Assembly: GCA_964016885.1 (NCBI GenBank)
Contig: OZ024745.1
Coordinates: 18,414,001-18,478,000, forward strand
Reading direction: 5' to 3'
DNA: 64,000 nucleotides
Source of the DNA: Eledone cirrhosa
Taxonomy: Eukaryota
Shown here: positions 1 through 13,023 of the stretch, piece by piece
Layout: the number at the start of each line of letters is the position of its first letter
Position numbering within the stretch: position 1 is the first letter of the stretch
Notes under the pieces: generated by a model
Seen by the model: the letters and a program-made list of their open reading frames with translations, nothing else
What the model was told of the DNA's origin: nothing
The model's database searches: none
Program-made: the position numbers and the translations under genes

Positions 1-117
1 TACAAAAAGGGGGTTATACGTGCTTGGTAGACCACCTCTCTCTTTTTCTGATTATATATATATATATATATATGATAAAGAACACAAGAGCGTCTACAAC
101 ATCAACATTTTTTATTG

Positions 118-162
118 GCTTACAATGTTTCTTCCTTACGTAACCGTAGGATTCTTCAGAGC
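118..162 (-). ncRNA. Minimal type I hammerhead ribozyme in PLE pseudo-LTR fragment (slightly degenerate)
   Basis: Minus strand reads gct-CTGAAGA-atcctacggttacgtaaggaa-GAAAC-att-GTA-agc: core boxes present, 3-bp stem I gct/agc, stem II hairpin with an A-A mismatch at its base. Related copy at 13955-13999. Confidence 0.6.
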
Positions 163-798
163 TATAAAAATGGTTTGATTGGTGTTATGGACTCTACCAA
201 CCAAACATTCAAGAACAAAGAGTAAAGAGAGTAAAGAGCAAAAGCAGGGGACAATAAGTCTAACTCAGGTGTGGGAGGGTGGCGTGGGGTCCTTGTTTAC
301 TAGCTGTGGTTATATTCATTCGCGGGAGTCGAGTGGTTAGTGGAGCCATAGATGGGGTGGCATTGATAGTAGGGTGCAGAGGGTGTGCAGAGGCTACACA
401 CACACAAAGGGCATATAATATATATATAACGGAGGAGAAAGTACATGAGGTAATTAGAAATGGAATAATAATAATAATAATTTATAGTTAATAATGTATA
501 ATAAGGCATAGGGAAGATTACACTATAATAAGATATAAAAGTAAGAATAAAATAAAATAAAATATAAGGAGGATAAAAATGAAAATAAAAATAAAAATAA
601 AAAAATATAAAAAATATATAGAGAGAATATATAAAAAATATAAGCAAGTATCAGAAAAGGAAAAACACAATGTAAGAAAATAGATTTTGTTAAATAAAAA
701 TATTATAAATATGGGGGGAGAAAACGGGAGAGAGAAATATAATCATAATGTGATTAGTTGAGAGAATATAAGATGATAATAAGTGTGTCAAATGTATA

Positions 799-840
<42 letters not shown>

Positions 841-877
841 GACAGAGAGAGAGAGAGAGAGAGATAGAGAGATCAAC

Positions 878-1240
878 CCACGACAACCTCCGAAATCTCC
901 TCGTCCACAGTTCCCTTCCTCGACCAACTCCTCCCCAGGATCACATTCCTGCTCCCAAACATGCAGCTTTCTGGACAATACTCTCGCTGGTCTCTACAAT
1001 CAGTCCTTTCGTCTCGTTTATGGGCTCTGCTGCACACTATGCCAGGTCATCAACTACTAGACCAAATTTCGAGCAACTTCGGGACGTCCGCTCTGCGGAC
1101 AATTCACCCGATACCTAACAGTTTTCGGCCTCATTGCTTGCTCCGAACCCCAGAACTCACGCCTCATAAGAGAACGGTGCATAGTCGTTTCTTCGAACAT
1201 TTAGTGGAAACCTCTTAAATGCACCGTCTCTCTTCCTTTA
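878..1240 (+). mobile_element. Decayed Penelope-like element, linker/GIY-YIG region
   Basis: ORF 783-1118 contains NLRNLLVHS (typical PLE RT-EN linker motif) and FEQLRDV (resembles GIY-YIG RFxEH); frameshifted; starts after a (TA)n(GA)n tract. Confidence 0.45.
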
Positions 1241-1704
1241 GTCACCTCCTTTCCAGCACCCACCTTCCATTCACTGTCACACCAACACACATGACCCCAA
1301 CACATATGACTATGTTCAACTACACCCACTCACATACATACACTAACTCACATAGGTACGCGAAAACGCACACACCAGCATAGCTGATTAAATAGTTATA
1401 CCAGTACGACCACCGATACATAGAGACAATTCATTATACTAACACAATTAATTAATGAATTATACTGACATGACCGAATAACCATACTAACATGACTAAT
1501 TAACTATGCCATCACGACTCAAAACCTAACACATCACTATTACTTCTGTATTAACACAACTAACTAATTAATGTAAACTAATATTACATGACCATAGATA
1601 TATAAATAAAATTAATTATACTAACACGACTAATTAATTACTTAATTATAGTGTCATGACCGATTAACTATATTAACACGGCCAGCAAATCAACATTATT
1701 AACT

Positions 1705-1882
1705 GTATCGGTAGAGTGCCTGACGCCATGCTTTGCAGCAAAGACTTAAGGCCCTTTATGGTCTGAGTTCAAATCCCGCCGAGGTTAACTTAGCCTTTCA
1801 TCCTTACGGGGTCGATACAATAAAGTACCAGTAATTTACAGGGATATTTGCTGGCCTTGTGCCAAAAGTAGAAACAATTATT
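1705..1882 (+). mobile_element. tRNA-derived SINE (main family), 5'-clipped
   Basis: B-box-like gagttcaaatcc, central gccgaggttaacttagcctttcatccttacggggtcgata, 3' ctggccttgtgccaaaagtagaaacaatta; flanking attattaa repeat. Confidence 0.9.
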
Positions 1883-2133
1883 AATTAAACCAACACAATT
1901 CCTCAACTACATTAATATGATCACAAACACACCACCAGCTCTAATTAAACCTATGCTGGACTACGTGTTTGCCCTCTTCACATATTTCTTTTTTTTTTTC
2001 CCAACTTCCGAACTTCGGTTTTTCAACCTCTTGAATCTTCGAAATTTTCACATTTCTGATGAAGGCTTTATATCTGATACGTTGAAACAGATATCTTTTT
2101 TTTTTTTTTGCTTGTTTGTTTTGTACATACCAG

Positions 2134-2202
<69 letters not shown>

Positions 2203-2207
<5 letters not shown>

Positions 2208-2414
2208 AATAAGGACGATAGGTTACTCCTTCATTACGTTTATTGGTTGTTGACGCGCGTTTCGCCACTGATCAGCTCAAGGTTCGATCTGTATCCATCT
2301 GGCCCGACTCTGTAATCCACGGCTCGTCAGACCCCTTGTAATGTTAATGGAAAAATACTTAAACATCGAGTGCTCACCCGGGTTAACCTACAGTAACTCC
2401 AAGTTACACTCCCT

Positions 2415-2415
<1 letters not shown>
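2203..2415 (-). mobile_element. PLE pseudo-LTR-like repeat with hammerhead motif (2246-2335)
   Basis: Minus strand CTGACGA-gcc...ggc-GAAAC-gcgc-GTC with palindromic stem III acgcgcgt; flanked by (TA)n; homologous rearranged copy at 54512-54810. Confidence 0.65.
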
Positions 2416-2466
<51 letters not shown>

Positions 2467-2994
2467 CGAAGGAGTTGTGGTAAGGAACCAGAGTACTCAA
2501 TACTTAGGGTAATAGAGTGGGTAATAGGAAAATGTATAACCCCTGACTCAGAAATAGCCGTCGAAACGGCTTGAGCTCTGCCGTCGGCGTCATACATTTT
2601 CCTATATATATATACGTGAAAATAAGAGAGTCAACAAAATAGGTGATTCAGAATATTGGCTTAAATTATAGCGTGTTTGAATGTTCTTATTATATTATTA
2701 AGATTAATATTTCTGAACAATGTGAAGTGTAATCTTTACACCTGGTACTTTTTTTACATAAATGTAACTCTCCTAAATCTAATTAAATTTGCAGATTTTT
2801 AGATAACACGTAATATATATTTAATATTCATAAATATTTGAACAGAAATATGGTTTACTTTCATGACAAGTTGTTTAGTTATCACTCAACTCAACCATAT
2901 TTAAGAGAGCTTAGTGATAAGGCTAGTAGAAGTAATCATATGACGAACTAGGCAACCTCTTAGAGCGTAAGCCACGGAGACATGCATTATTGTA

Positions 2995-3178
2995 GTGAAT
3001 TGGCAGTATCGGTAGAGGGTAGGATACCATGCTTTCCAGCATAGTTACGTCCCTTTACGGACTGAGTTCAAATCCCGTCGAGGTTAACTTTGCCTTCATT
3101 CTTACGGGGTCGATAAAATAAAGTACCAGTAATGTACTGGGATTTGCTGGCCTTGTGCCAAAAGTAGAAACAATTATT
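2995..3178 (+). mobile_element. tRNA-derived SINE (main family)
   Basis: Full family sequence; 8-bp TSD attattgt (2986-2993 / 3173-3180). Confidence 0.92.
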
Positions 3179-3799
3179 GTGACCCTTAAATTGTCACAGT
3201 TTTATAAATATAATATATTTTGAGAGAATCTTTAAATGTCTTTGCCCGTAGCAGAGTTGTGTAAATATCCAAAACGGGGGAGCTTGTCGTACGCTGTTAT
3301 GACTTATCAAATTAATAAATGTATTTATATATTTGTTTCATTTTTCTTCTTTTAGTTTCAAGTCATAATTGAGTTGGTCTTGTGATATTGTTGGTCATAT
3401 TACACTGTCCTCTACATATTTGAGTCCAATACTTATTTTATCGATATTTATTAAGCTATTTCCTAACTTCCGTATGTATCTATACGACGAGCAGCCACAG
3501 TTTCCGTTTGCCAAATTCCATCTACAATGCATTAGTAAAACTTGGGCTTCAGCAGAACTACATTACTCAATGTTTCACTCAGCAAGATAGAAGGTAGGAT
3601 CACGTGATTGCAAACCGAATTCCTTAACTGCAGAGCTATGCTGATGAAGTGGATTCAGTCAATTATAAGACCAATACAATGATAGTGTATTTTATTCAAT
3701 TGAATTCTTAGTATTAAAAATCTGTGAAATATATATATATCGAATATATAAAATGGGTTCGATATACAATTGAAAGCCATTCTCATCACATCGATCTAC

Positions 3800-4004
3800 C
3801 AGATCCCAGACCTTATTCTATCACCGATTGGAACAAGGAAACAATGTTTCCATTGGTCCTTCCATTGCTGATACTATCTACTGGTCACAACTGCTGGCTA
3901 AAAGAGCAACATAAACTAAAAGTGTCTTTCTCAAGGGCATAACGCATAAGGGTATCGAACTCGCAAACTCATGATTGCGAATCCAATTCTCTAATCATTA
4001 AGCC
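3800..4004 (-). mobile_element. Old tRNA/CORE-type SINE remnant (different family)
   Basis: Minus strand ggcttaatgattagag...gagttcgatacc (A/B-box-like) followed by gcccttgagaaagacact resembling the CORE-SINE gtccttgagcaagacact motif. Confidence 0.5.
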
Positions 4005-4932
4005 TTCTCTGATCACAAAAGCACCAATGACTTTTGAAAAAAAACTGTAAAAATTAGATATTGACTTTTTTTCCAATGTTGAGAACATGTGAAAGAAAAT
4101 TAAAGTAGCAGATTGCCAAAACAGACACGGAATCAATATTTCCATTGGGGCTGTTGTCTGGTCGCAACTCCTAGAAGAAGGAAGCAGTGATTTGAACTAA
4201 GAAAGCTAAGAGCCGGATAAGATACCACAAGGCATCACATCATCTCTTTTCACTTTAATAATTCCACGAACACAGCTCTCCTAGACTGATAATGTATCTG
4301 TCAATTCCGAAATGATGAAAGATAATACTAACTTCGGTGGGATGTGGCCCTCTGAGCATGCTGAGTCGGAACAATTTACAAATGATCCTATGACATAATG
4401 ACTCTGCGAATTCGCTCCGATGAGAACATATAGCCCATGCTATATTTTGTAGCAGGTTGTATAACTACATATAATCGATAGATAATATTCGAGAGTGGGT
4501 TGTCATGCTGTTATTTTCTTTGTCGCTTTGAAGTTGTTGTTTTTTTTTGTCTTTTGTTTTCCTGCTTTTCAGAGAATAGCTACTCTCACAACAGCACATT
4601 AGTATATTTGTACTGTCATTTGTGTGTGTAGGGGATATGATGAATTAATAGTCACAGAGGGTCGGGAATTTGAATTCAAAATCCAAAGAGCCAGAACAGA
4701 AGAACAGATATTGTAAAGCATCTTGTCATCAGATGAGATGTGATGCTCTAATATTCCCACCAATCCACCTTCCTTTGACTTGTTTGCATTAATGCAGAGG
4801 AAAGCACTGGACCACGAAGTTCTGACACACAAAATACCAGGAATCCGAAATTAAGTGTCAAAATCAAGCACCACTCCATCAAATAATCTACAAGCCAAAT
4901 ATATATATTTATTTGTTAGTATATGATTTAAT

Positions 4933-5118
4933 TGTTTCTACTTTAGGCACAAGGCCAGCAATTAGCCAGTGCATTACTGGTACTTTGTTTTATCGACCCC
5001 GTAAGGATGAAAGGCAAAGTCAACCTCGGTGGGATTTGAACTCAGATCGTAAAGGGACGTAACTATGCTGGAAAGCATGGCGTCCGACCCTCTACCGATA
5101 CTGCCAATCCACCGCCCC
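4933..5118 (-). mobile_element. tRNA-derived SINE (main family), full length
   Basis: Reverse complement of family sequence; 20-bp TSD ttgttagtatatgatttaat at 4913-4932 and 5119-5138. Confidence 0.95.
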
Positions 5119-5183
5119 TTGTTAGTATATGATTTAATGAGATCTAACAATAGACGTTGTTATATATATATATAAACTCAGAT

Positions 5184-5219
<36 letters not shown>

Positions 5220-5222
<3 letters not shown>

Positions 5223-5581
5223 AATCTGAGTTTTTCGAATATTAATAATAATATTTGATTCGTTTGCAATTATGCAAACAAGCCTCCATTTTATAGCCAT
5301 ATCGGTAGAATGAATCCTTCATTCTTGCTCTTGTGTTGGCATGTGTATTTTTGTGTATTTTTTAAAATAGCATATATTTTCACTAGCTCTGCCAGTTTGG
5401 CAGGTGAACAGTGAGCTGTACTGATGAAGAGTGATACCCAGAAACATTAGTGTCTGCAGTTCTGTTCACGTGTCAACACAAGAGCCAGAATGAAGGGTTC
5501 ATTCTACTGACATGGATATGAAATTGAGGCTTGTTTGCATAATTGCAAACGAATCGAATATTCGAAAAACTCAGATTACAT
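5220..5581. repeat. Inverted repeat (about 110-125 bp arms) enclosing a hammerhead
   Basis: tgtaatctgagtttttcgaatatt...cttgtgttggca (5220-5345) is the reverse complement of tgtcaacacaagag...aaaactcagattaca (5470-5581). Confidence 0.85.
5404..5469 (+). ncRNA. Type I hammerhead ribozyme
   Basis: gtgaaca-gt-gagctgta-CTGATGA-agagtgataccca-GAAAC-attagt-GTC-tgcagttc-tgttcac: 8+7 bp stem I, near-palindromic stem III, GUC triplet; stem II partly decayed. Confidence 0.75.
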
Positions 5582-6023
5582 TTATTGTATTCAGCTATGT
5601 AGGGCGAAATTTTCTTTTATATATGTATATATATATAAAATATACGTAAGAAAGATGTTACATAATCATATTTATTTGATTATACGTATTTCTGTGATGT
5701 TCATGGACTTTCTCAAACATGTAAGCGTTTGACATAATTGTGTTAACATCTGATGGTGTGTCACCGGTGCCAGGTGATGTTGTAATGATTGCATAATAAA
5801 GGGTGTCACTGAAATACATAACTACGATTATGTTGCACCTGTCTTAACGTTTATTACATACAAGGAAACTCCATTGCGTTGGATCACCACTTTAATGTTG
5901 GTTAGTCACAACAGACATCGCATCTTTCTATCTGTTTATTTCTGTCGATCAATGAGACATCATAACACAACATTTTCTGATAAACAACACACCAATCGAC
6001 ATGTGTATATAAATATATAAATA

Positions 6024-6174
<151 letters not shown>

Positions 6175-7001
6175 ATGACACTTGAACATAAACCGACAAA
6201 AATCACTTAATGTCTCACTCTCGGACAGATGAGTTGTCAGATTTTCTTCATCAGAAATCCGCCTGCCTTCAGCAAAAGTCTGTTTCAACAACTATTTACA
6301 TGATCATAAAGAGATCTCATCCTAGACAGTAAAGTATAATAAACAATTATTTTCGCCGAGACCAGTCCTTTATTTAAACATTTAAATGTTCAATTGTTTC
6401 ACAAAATGTTTGATTTGATAAGCACCAACAAATACGTAAAACATTTAAAATTAAAATAACTAAAATCAAATTCAATTTATTAGAAATATTATTTTAATCG
6501 ACACAAAATTCCATTTAAGCATCAAGTTGGTTATTTTTGCTAGTCACTCCGCAATTAATATGTCAGTAAAGGAAAAATTCCATACTGAAATGTTAATGCA
6601 CTTAAAACATTGTTTTGCTTGTAAATATACCTTTTTCTTGTGAACGACAGAGAGAGAATGTCACGTAAGTTAGTTTAGTCACTTGTTAACGAGTTCTTTT
6701 GTAGATATTCGTACAGAAAGTCTGTTGAAAGCTTGTTGAATGAAACATTGCTAAAACGCCTCATATAAGAGAGGTTGTTAATTGCGTTTGAAAGCAAACA
6801 GTGACAATGAGGGAAACAGGAATATAGAAATATGTAGAAGAATTCATTGTAGTAAAAGCAATAGGACGAGTAAATAAATTGAGAAAATAATATATTGCAG
6901 GCGAAAGGAAATCACATCAACAATAATACAAGGAATAAATATTTTTTAATGCAGTAGTCATTATTTACGAAATAAACAAACACATGTTGTATCATTACGA
7001 A

Positions 7002-7095
<94 letters not shown>

Positions 7096-7315
7096 GGTTG
7101 ACGGTATATTTAATCGATTTCCACGTGCTGTTGAAATGTTGGGTAAATATTCTATGGCGAAGAGATTGCTGTCGTTTATTTATCTACTATTTCTTCATAG
7201 GTGCCTTTTAATCTTATAGCCTGGTCTAATTGATTTTTTGTGTCGTTAATTATGCTAATTGGGAGAGGAAATGGTGTATATATATTATCAAACGATTCTT
7301 TGGACATACTTTATA

Positions 7316-7384
<69 letters not shown>

Positions 7385-7413
7385 TTAAGTATCGAGAGAG
7401 AGAAGGGAGAGAT

Positions 7414-8350
7414 AGGCGTAGGTGTTTCGGTGCTAAGATGCTGTGTCTTGGTGATCTGACTGTGGTTAGTTGAGATCACCAAGACACACCACCTTAGCAC
7501 CAATATACCTACACCTGACAACAACTATATCGGCCTTAACGACTCCCTAGCAGCACCCAATAATGCTGGCAACAGCCACTACAGACGCAACCAACATAAA
7601 CGCGACATGACTGGGGAATATGCTGGTGACCACACGGGTCAGCGGATGGCAACGGAAGACGCCGCTGCGTGTGGAATGATAATGGTACTACCCCGCACGC
7701 AGTGGCTTATAATGGTGCTAATGATAGGTGTAGGAGCGTAGTTAACAACGTAGATAGCAATAATAATAGCCTTACCGTGGGAACTAGAAGGACCGCGACC
7801 GAAATTGCAACTGCCGTGACAGGGGACGCTGCCCCCTTAGGGGTAACTGCCTGACTGATAGCGTTATATATAGGTTCACCGTAACTAGCCATAATAGCGT
7901 TAAACATTATATAGGGGCTACCTCTGGCCCGTTCAATAATAGATTTCGAAAACATCTCCACTCTTTCGCAAACAAGAAACTAGGACATTCCACTTCACTC
8001 GCGAACTACATCACAGCATTAATAGACTCAAACATCAGCTTCGCCAAGCACTGGGAAATTGTCGGCAGATCTGCACCGTACAACTTCAAGACGAAGTGCG
8101 AGCTTTGCTTCATGGAGCTTTACCATATCATAACGGCACCCCATGAGCTCATCAACGGCAGAGCTGAAACGACGATAAGCTGTACACACCGCTTAAAAAT
8201 AGCCAACTCCAGATGGAATAAGAATGAGGAGTGGAAACCGTAAACTGGGTCACCTTGCACCAAACTTTAACACCCCGGCGGGCAGGCGCTGCAAAAAACA
8301 TCCGGAAACTAACCATGCATCCCAGACCCGGCATGAATCGACCCAGGCGA
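7414..8350 (+). mobile_element. 5'-truncated Penelope-like element: CxCx5C linker plus C-terminal GIY-YIG endonuclease
   Basis: From 7806 reads CNCRDRGRCPL, then after one frameshift GNCLTDSVIYRFTVTSHNSVKHYIGATSGPFNNRFRKHLHSF...STSLANYI...HWEIVGRSAPYNFKTKCELCFMELYHI; 44-bp fold-back at the 5' end (7414-7457 / 7473-7516). Confidence 0.85.
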
Positions 8351-9199
8351 AATAGTTGAAAAACAACCGTTTATTTAAACGACTGTGGTGAGAGAGAAAA
8401 GAGAGAAGAGAAGGACAAAATAGTGCGAGAGAGAGAGAAGAAAGAAAAAAGGGAAGATGAATAAAAACTCATATAACGTTAATTTGAGGGAAATATATTC
8501 TAAGTATATATCTTAATAGTACGTGTATTTACGATTATTAGTTGTTTAAAATTTGTTTTATAATATATTTTTCTTCTGTTATAAGTAGATAAATAAATAA
8601 ATAAATAAATAAATAGATGGGTATATCATGTTATAGATAATTGTTCTAATGAGTTATGAGGGATATTGGTTTTGTATTTTATGTAAATAAATATTAAGTT
8701 AAATTAAATTAAATTAACTGAGTTAAGAAGAATATTATATCTATATGATTGAAAATGGGAAGATACGGTAAAAAAACTCCGGCTTTATTTATTTATTCTT
8801 AAGTGTGAGACTATTTAGTTAAAATAAGTATAGAAGTTGAAGATTCATTTAGCCAGAATCAGTTAGTGGTTATTAATCTATTGAAAAAATATTGAAAAAA
8901 TATTGAAAAATTATTGAAAAAATATTGAAAAGTTTTGAGAAAATTTTTTTAAGAGAATAATTTTTAAGAGATAAGTAATTTTTAAAGAAATAAAAATTAA
9001 AGAAATAAAAATTATTAAAATAAAAATTTTAAAAATTAGAATTATATCCGTATATATTTTATGAAACTTTAAGAAGTGGAATTACAGCAAATGTTATAGA
9101 TATTATGATTTAGAGATATCAATATATTAAAACCAACTGGATGAAATTGTTATGGAAATTAATAGGAATATTATAAGTATAATTATAAGTTATATATAG

Positions 9200-10450
9200 T
9201 TCTGAATGTTGAATTCTGGCGATGTCTACAAGAATTAAATATATTCGTTCTTAGAATAATAGAGTTTTTACATTTTAGTATGTAAAAAATGTCCTCATTA
9301 GACAATTTGCAGAAACTAGATAAAGCTGTGTTTCAGTACGCGGGCGCTTTTGAAACTGTTTCCCAAGCTAATGAATAGTCTATATTCTTGCATTTTACGT
9401 TCCATATCAGGTTTGAAAGAGACGTTGAAGATTTTTTATCAAATCTTTGGAAAGAGCAGCGAATTTTAAATTCTGTAGAAGTGACACCGACATAGTTAAA
9501 TATATTATCCCTAGTCTTAACTATGCATTTACGTTTTTATCTAAACACTTATTTTGTAAAGGACAGTTTGATTTAATTCTACAGTTACATTTTGCGGAGT
9601 TGTTGTTTTTCGGAACGGTACTATTATGTTGGATATTGCTAGAGATATTACTGCTATTTTGGTTATTTTTGGTTAGGGTTTAAATTTCTATTATTAATTC
9701 TATTTATATGTTGTGCTATGTTCATAGTAGTAGAGTAGGATAGTTTTATAGTATGTCTGTTAAAGATTGAGTGGTATATGTGGGCTTTAAGAAGACATTT
9801 ATCTAGTACTTTAAAGAATAGCTTTGCTAAAGGTATGTTAACGCTTAATGAGAATGGGGTTGAGTACCAAATAATATTTCTAGTCGTAGTTCTGTTAGTT
9901 TTAGAGTTTAAGTTATTTTTTTTTATTATAATTACAATTAATAGTAGGGCCTTATTACTGTTGTCGATGTATTTAATCTTATTTGTATACACTGCTCTAT
10001 TTAAAGCTTCATTATAATATTCAGTCTTATCGTCAAAAATGTTTTATTAGGGGAGATGCGTGAAATCCGTTGTTGGACAGAATTGACAATAGTGTTCTTG
10101 ATAGATCTAGGATGATTAGAGTTAAAACTTACATAATTTAGATTCTCATTAATTGTATGGAATGGATAGTAGAGCCCTGTGTTAAGGTTTAATGTTACGT
10201 CTAAAAAGTTAACAATTTTAAAGTTATTCTCTATTTCTGACTTAAGGTTGTAGCTATTGAAGAATTGTATTATGGATTTTCTTTTCCTATTAATTTCACA
10301 ATTACTATGATTTTCAATTAAAAGCAGCATATCATCACGAATATAAACCACCCGTCATCTCTGGTATTTTTCTATGCAGTGTATTATTAATAAATAGCCC
10401 TTCAAGATCCGTTATCTGCGCCGAGTCAGATGATCCAATGGTGATATCAA
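9200..10450 (-). mobile_element. Decayed Penelope-like element: RT C-half, CxCx5C linker, GIY-YIG
   Basis: ORFs 10001-10351 (YIRDD, VNFLDVTLNL, NSNHP) and 9663-9992 (RNIIWYSTPFS, IFNRHTIKLSYS); downstream KCNCRIKSNCPL, YVGVTSTEFKIR, TSLSNLIW; multiple frameshifts. Confidence 0.9.
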
Positions 10451-10641
10451 AAAGCGTACCAATGTGTTTTGGTACCCTTGAAATATATATAATTAAATAA
10501 ACATGGTTTCATAAATATAGTTTCGATTTATTTAATATCATTGAATATTTACTCCAGGAACTTGTTGAGTTGTTGAGTGCTCTAAATCAGTTATAAACAT
10601 TTATATTTGTCGGACTTCTAACAAATTAAATACCCCTTCTA

Positions 10642-10717
<76 letters not shown>

Positions 10718-10783
10718 TACACGTGTTTTGCAACGGGTCACTTTGTGGCTCAAGGAAAAGTTAATAAATTAAATAATCAGAGC

Positions 10784-10843
<60 letters not shown>

Positions 10844-10850
<7 letters not shown>

Positions 10851-11134
10851 AAAAAGAGATGAAATCGAAAATGCAACTGAAGTCTTGTTTTTTTAAAAAA
10901 TATATATATTTAGTTGGTTCCTTTACCGGTTTCGCAGTTCTTCTGCTTTTCAAAAGGTGATTTGAGATGGAGGGTCTGTGGTTTTTCTGAGAAAAACCAG
11001 AGACCCTCCATCTCAACTCACCTTTTGAAAAGCAGAAGAACTGCGAAACCGGTAAAGGAACCAAATAAATAAATATATTTTTAAAAAAAATAAGACTTCA
11101 GTTGCATTTTCGATTTCATCTCTTTTTCTTTATA
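10844..11134. repeat. Near-perfect 290-bp palindrome (fold-back pLTR-like fragment)
   Basis: Arms mirror around ggtttttct-g-agaaaaacc (centre 10989); contains the HHR 3' half GAAAC-cg-GTA; abuts (TA)n. Confidence 0.9.
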
Positions 11135-11189
11135 CTTTCACTCGTGTAGGACACCTCGGTTATTTTTCATTTTGTAAAAAAAACCTCAC

Positions 11190-11288
<99 letters not shown>

Positions 11289-11335
11289 GTAATAATAATA
11301 AATTTGAAGACTAAAATCCAAATATATATATATAT

Positions 11336-12720
11336 TAGGGTGTTCCAGAATTCCACATTTTACACAAAAGTGTTTTTTTATTAGCTCCCTATGCATTTTC
11401 TCATGCCATGTTGTATATTATCAATTTATAATGTAATTTTGATTATTTCAGACTAATTTAAGCCTTGCCTAATAGTTTCAAATTGGCAGAATAATGACGG
11501 GAACCAGTGGCCCTAGTTGTAGCTACTCGCTACGTTGTGATGATCGAAAAAATGGCTCCTAGGGCAATATGTTACATCCTTTTCACCAAACAAAATACCA
11601 ACAAAGGGGGATATTCTAAGATATTTCTTCTAACAGAAAGATGGTCCTATGAAACACGAAAAGCATGTGAGCTTCAATGGTGCTATTGCGGATAGGCTTG
11701 TGATGGAAGTAGTTAGTCAGTGGGAAAAAGCTGGTGTGGCGACTCAACGAAAAGACAAAGTGAAACTGAAAGTTATGAACATGTGCAGTGAATACAGCAA
11801 TTTACAAAAGAAACAAAGGTTCTAAGTCAAACAAAGAAAAGGAAGCACTATTTATTTCTGAATTGGATTCATATTTCTACATTGCACATACTGATAATGA
11901 AAAGAAAATATTGAAAAACCGTCTTCGTAATAATTGTTTCTACGTTAGGCACAAGGCCAGCAATTTATCCAGTGCATTACTGGTACTTTATTTTATCGAC
12001 CCCGTATGGATGAAAGGCAAAGTTAACCTTGGCGGGATTTGAATTCGGAATGGCCGTCTTCGTAATAATGAACAGAAAATGGAAGATGCTACATTTCTCG
12101 AAGCCCTGCGTTGCCAGAAAAAAGTATCTCTGGGTACTGAAGACAAGGTTTACCAGAAAAAGGTATCTTCAAAGTTTAAGCGTGATCAGGTTTCTGTCGT
12201 TCGTCGAGAGTCAGAGAACCATAGAGAGCGTTTGTCAGGATCTGTAGCAGCACAACTTCCACGTAATGAACTGAGTGATTCAAGTTCAACCAATGATAAA
12301 ACAAAAAATCCAGCTGGAACTCCCAAAGAATCCATTTCAAAGTCCAAAAATGTCTCTAATGGCTGATCTTTTGAACCAGACACTGAGCCAGAGAACAGCA
12401 TTTATGGCATCGATTATTTCTGAGGGTGGGACTGACATAGACGCCACAACTCTCTTCAAGAATAATAGCAGATCAAAACTGTGGGGGCTGAACACACAAA
12501 GGAACAATTTGCTGTACTAGACTTTGTTACCTTGCATTGGGATGGCAAAATAATTCCTGGTGACCACAAGAGGCTAGGTGTGCTAGTTGCTGGAACTCCG
12601 GACTTCAGAGAAGGTAAACTCCTCGGTGTTCCCATAATTCCTGATGGCACTAGAACCACCCAAGCCAAATCATCATTTGATCTTGTTAAACTGAACCTTG
12701 AACACATTATGCTATACGGT
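11336..12720 (+). mobile_element. hATm-type DNA transposon remnant (5' terminus plus decayed transposase)
   Basis: Starts tagggtgttcc (hATm-like terminus); frames give EVVSQWEKAGVATQRKDKVKLKV and LHWDGKII...RLGVLVAG...GKLLGVPIIPDGTRTTQA, matching hATm transposase motifs; no right terminus seen. Confidence 0.75.
11935..12053 (-). mobile_element. 5'-truncated SINE nested in the hATm transposase
   Basis: Family 3' half; 16-bp TSD ccgtcttcgtaataat at 11919-11934 and 12054-12069. Confidence 0.93.
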
Positions 12721-13023
12721 CTGGGATCTTAAACATGTGGGAGTTTTTTATGTTTAAATCTAGCATGTAATTCTTGTTACTAGATGTGATGTTATGTTTG
12801 AGTGATAGTATATATCCAACTATTTTGTACTTTTGAACGATCTACATATGTTGTATTATTTAGACTGATTTGTTATCTACTGACAATCCTATATTTATAT
12901 AACCCCAGACAATCGGGGCATATGTAACCGATTGGTCTAGCCTATACGGTTAATATACATATTTAGTAACTCTTTGCCAGTTGGTTTTACAGTAACTAAA
13001 ACAATATTGTTGGGCTTTTGCTT

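Noticed and set aside
3001-3080. tRNA-like A/B boxes
   Set aside because: Part of the SINE head; no cloverleaf and followed by the SINE body.
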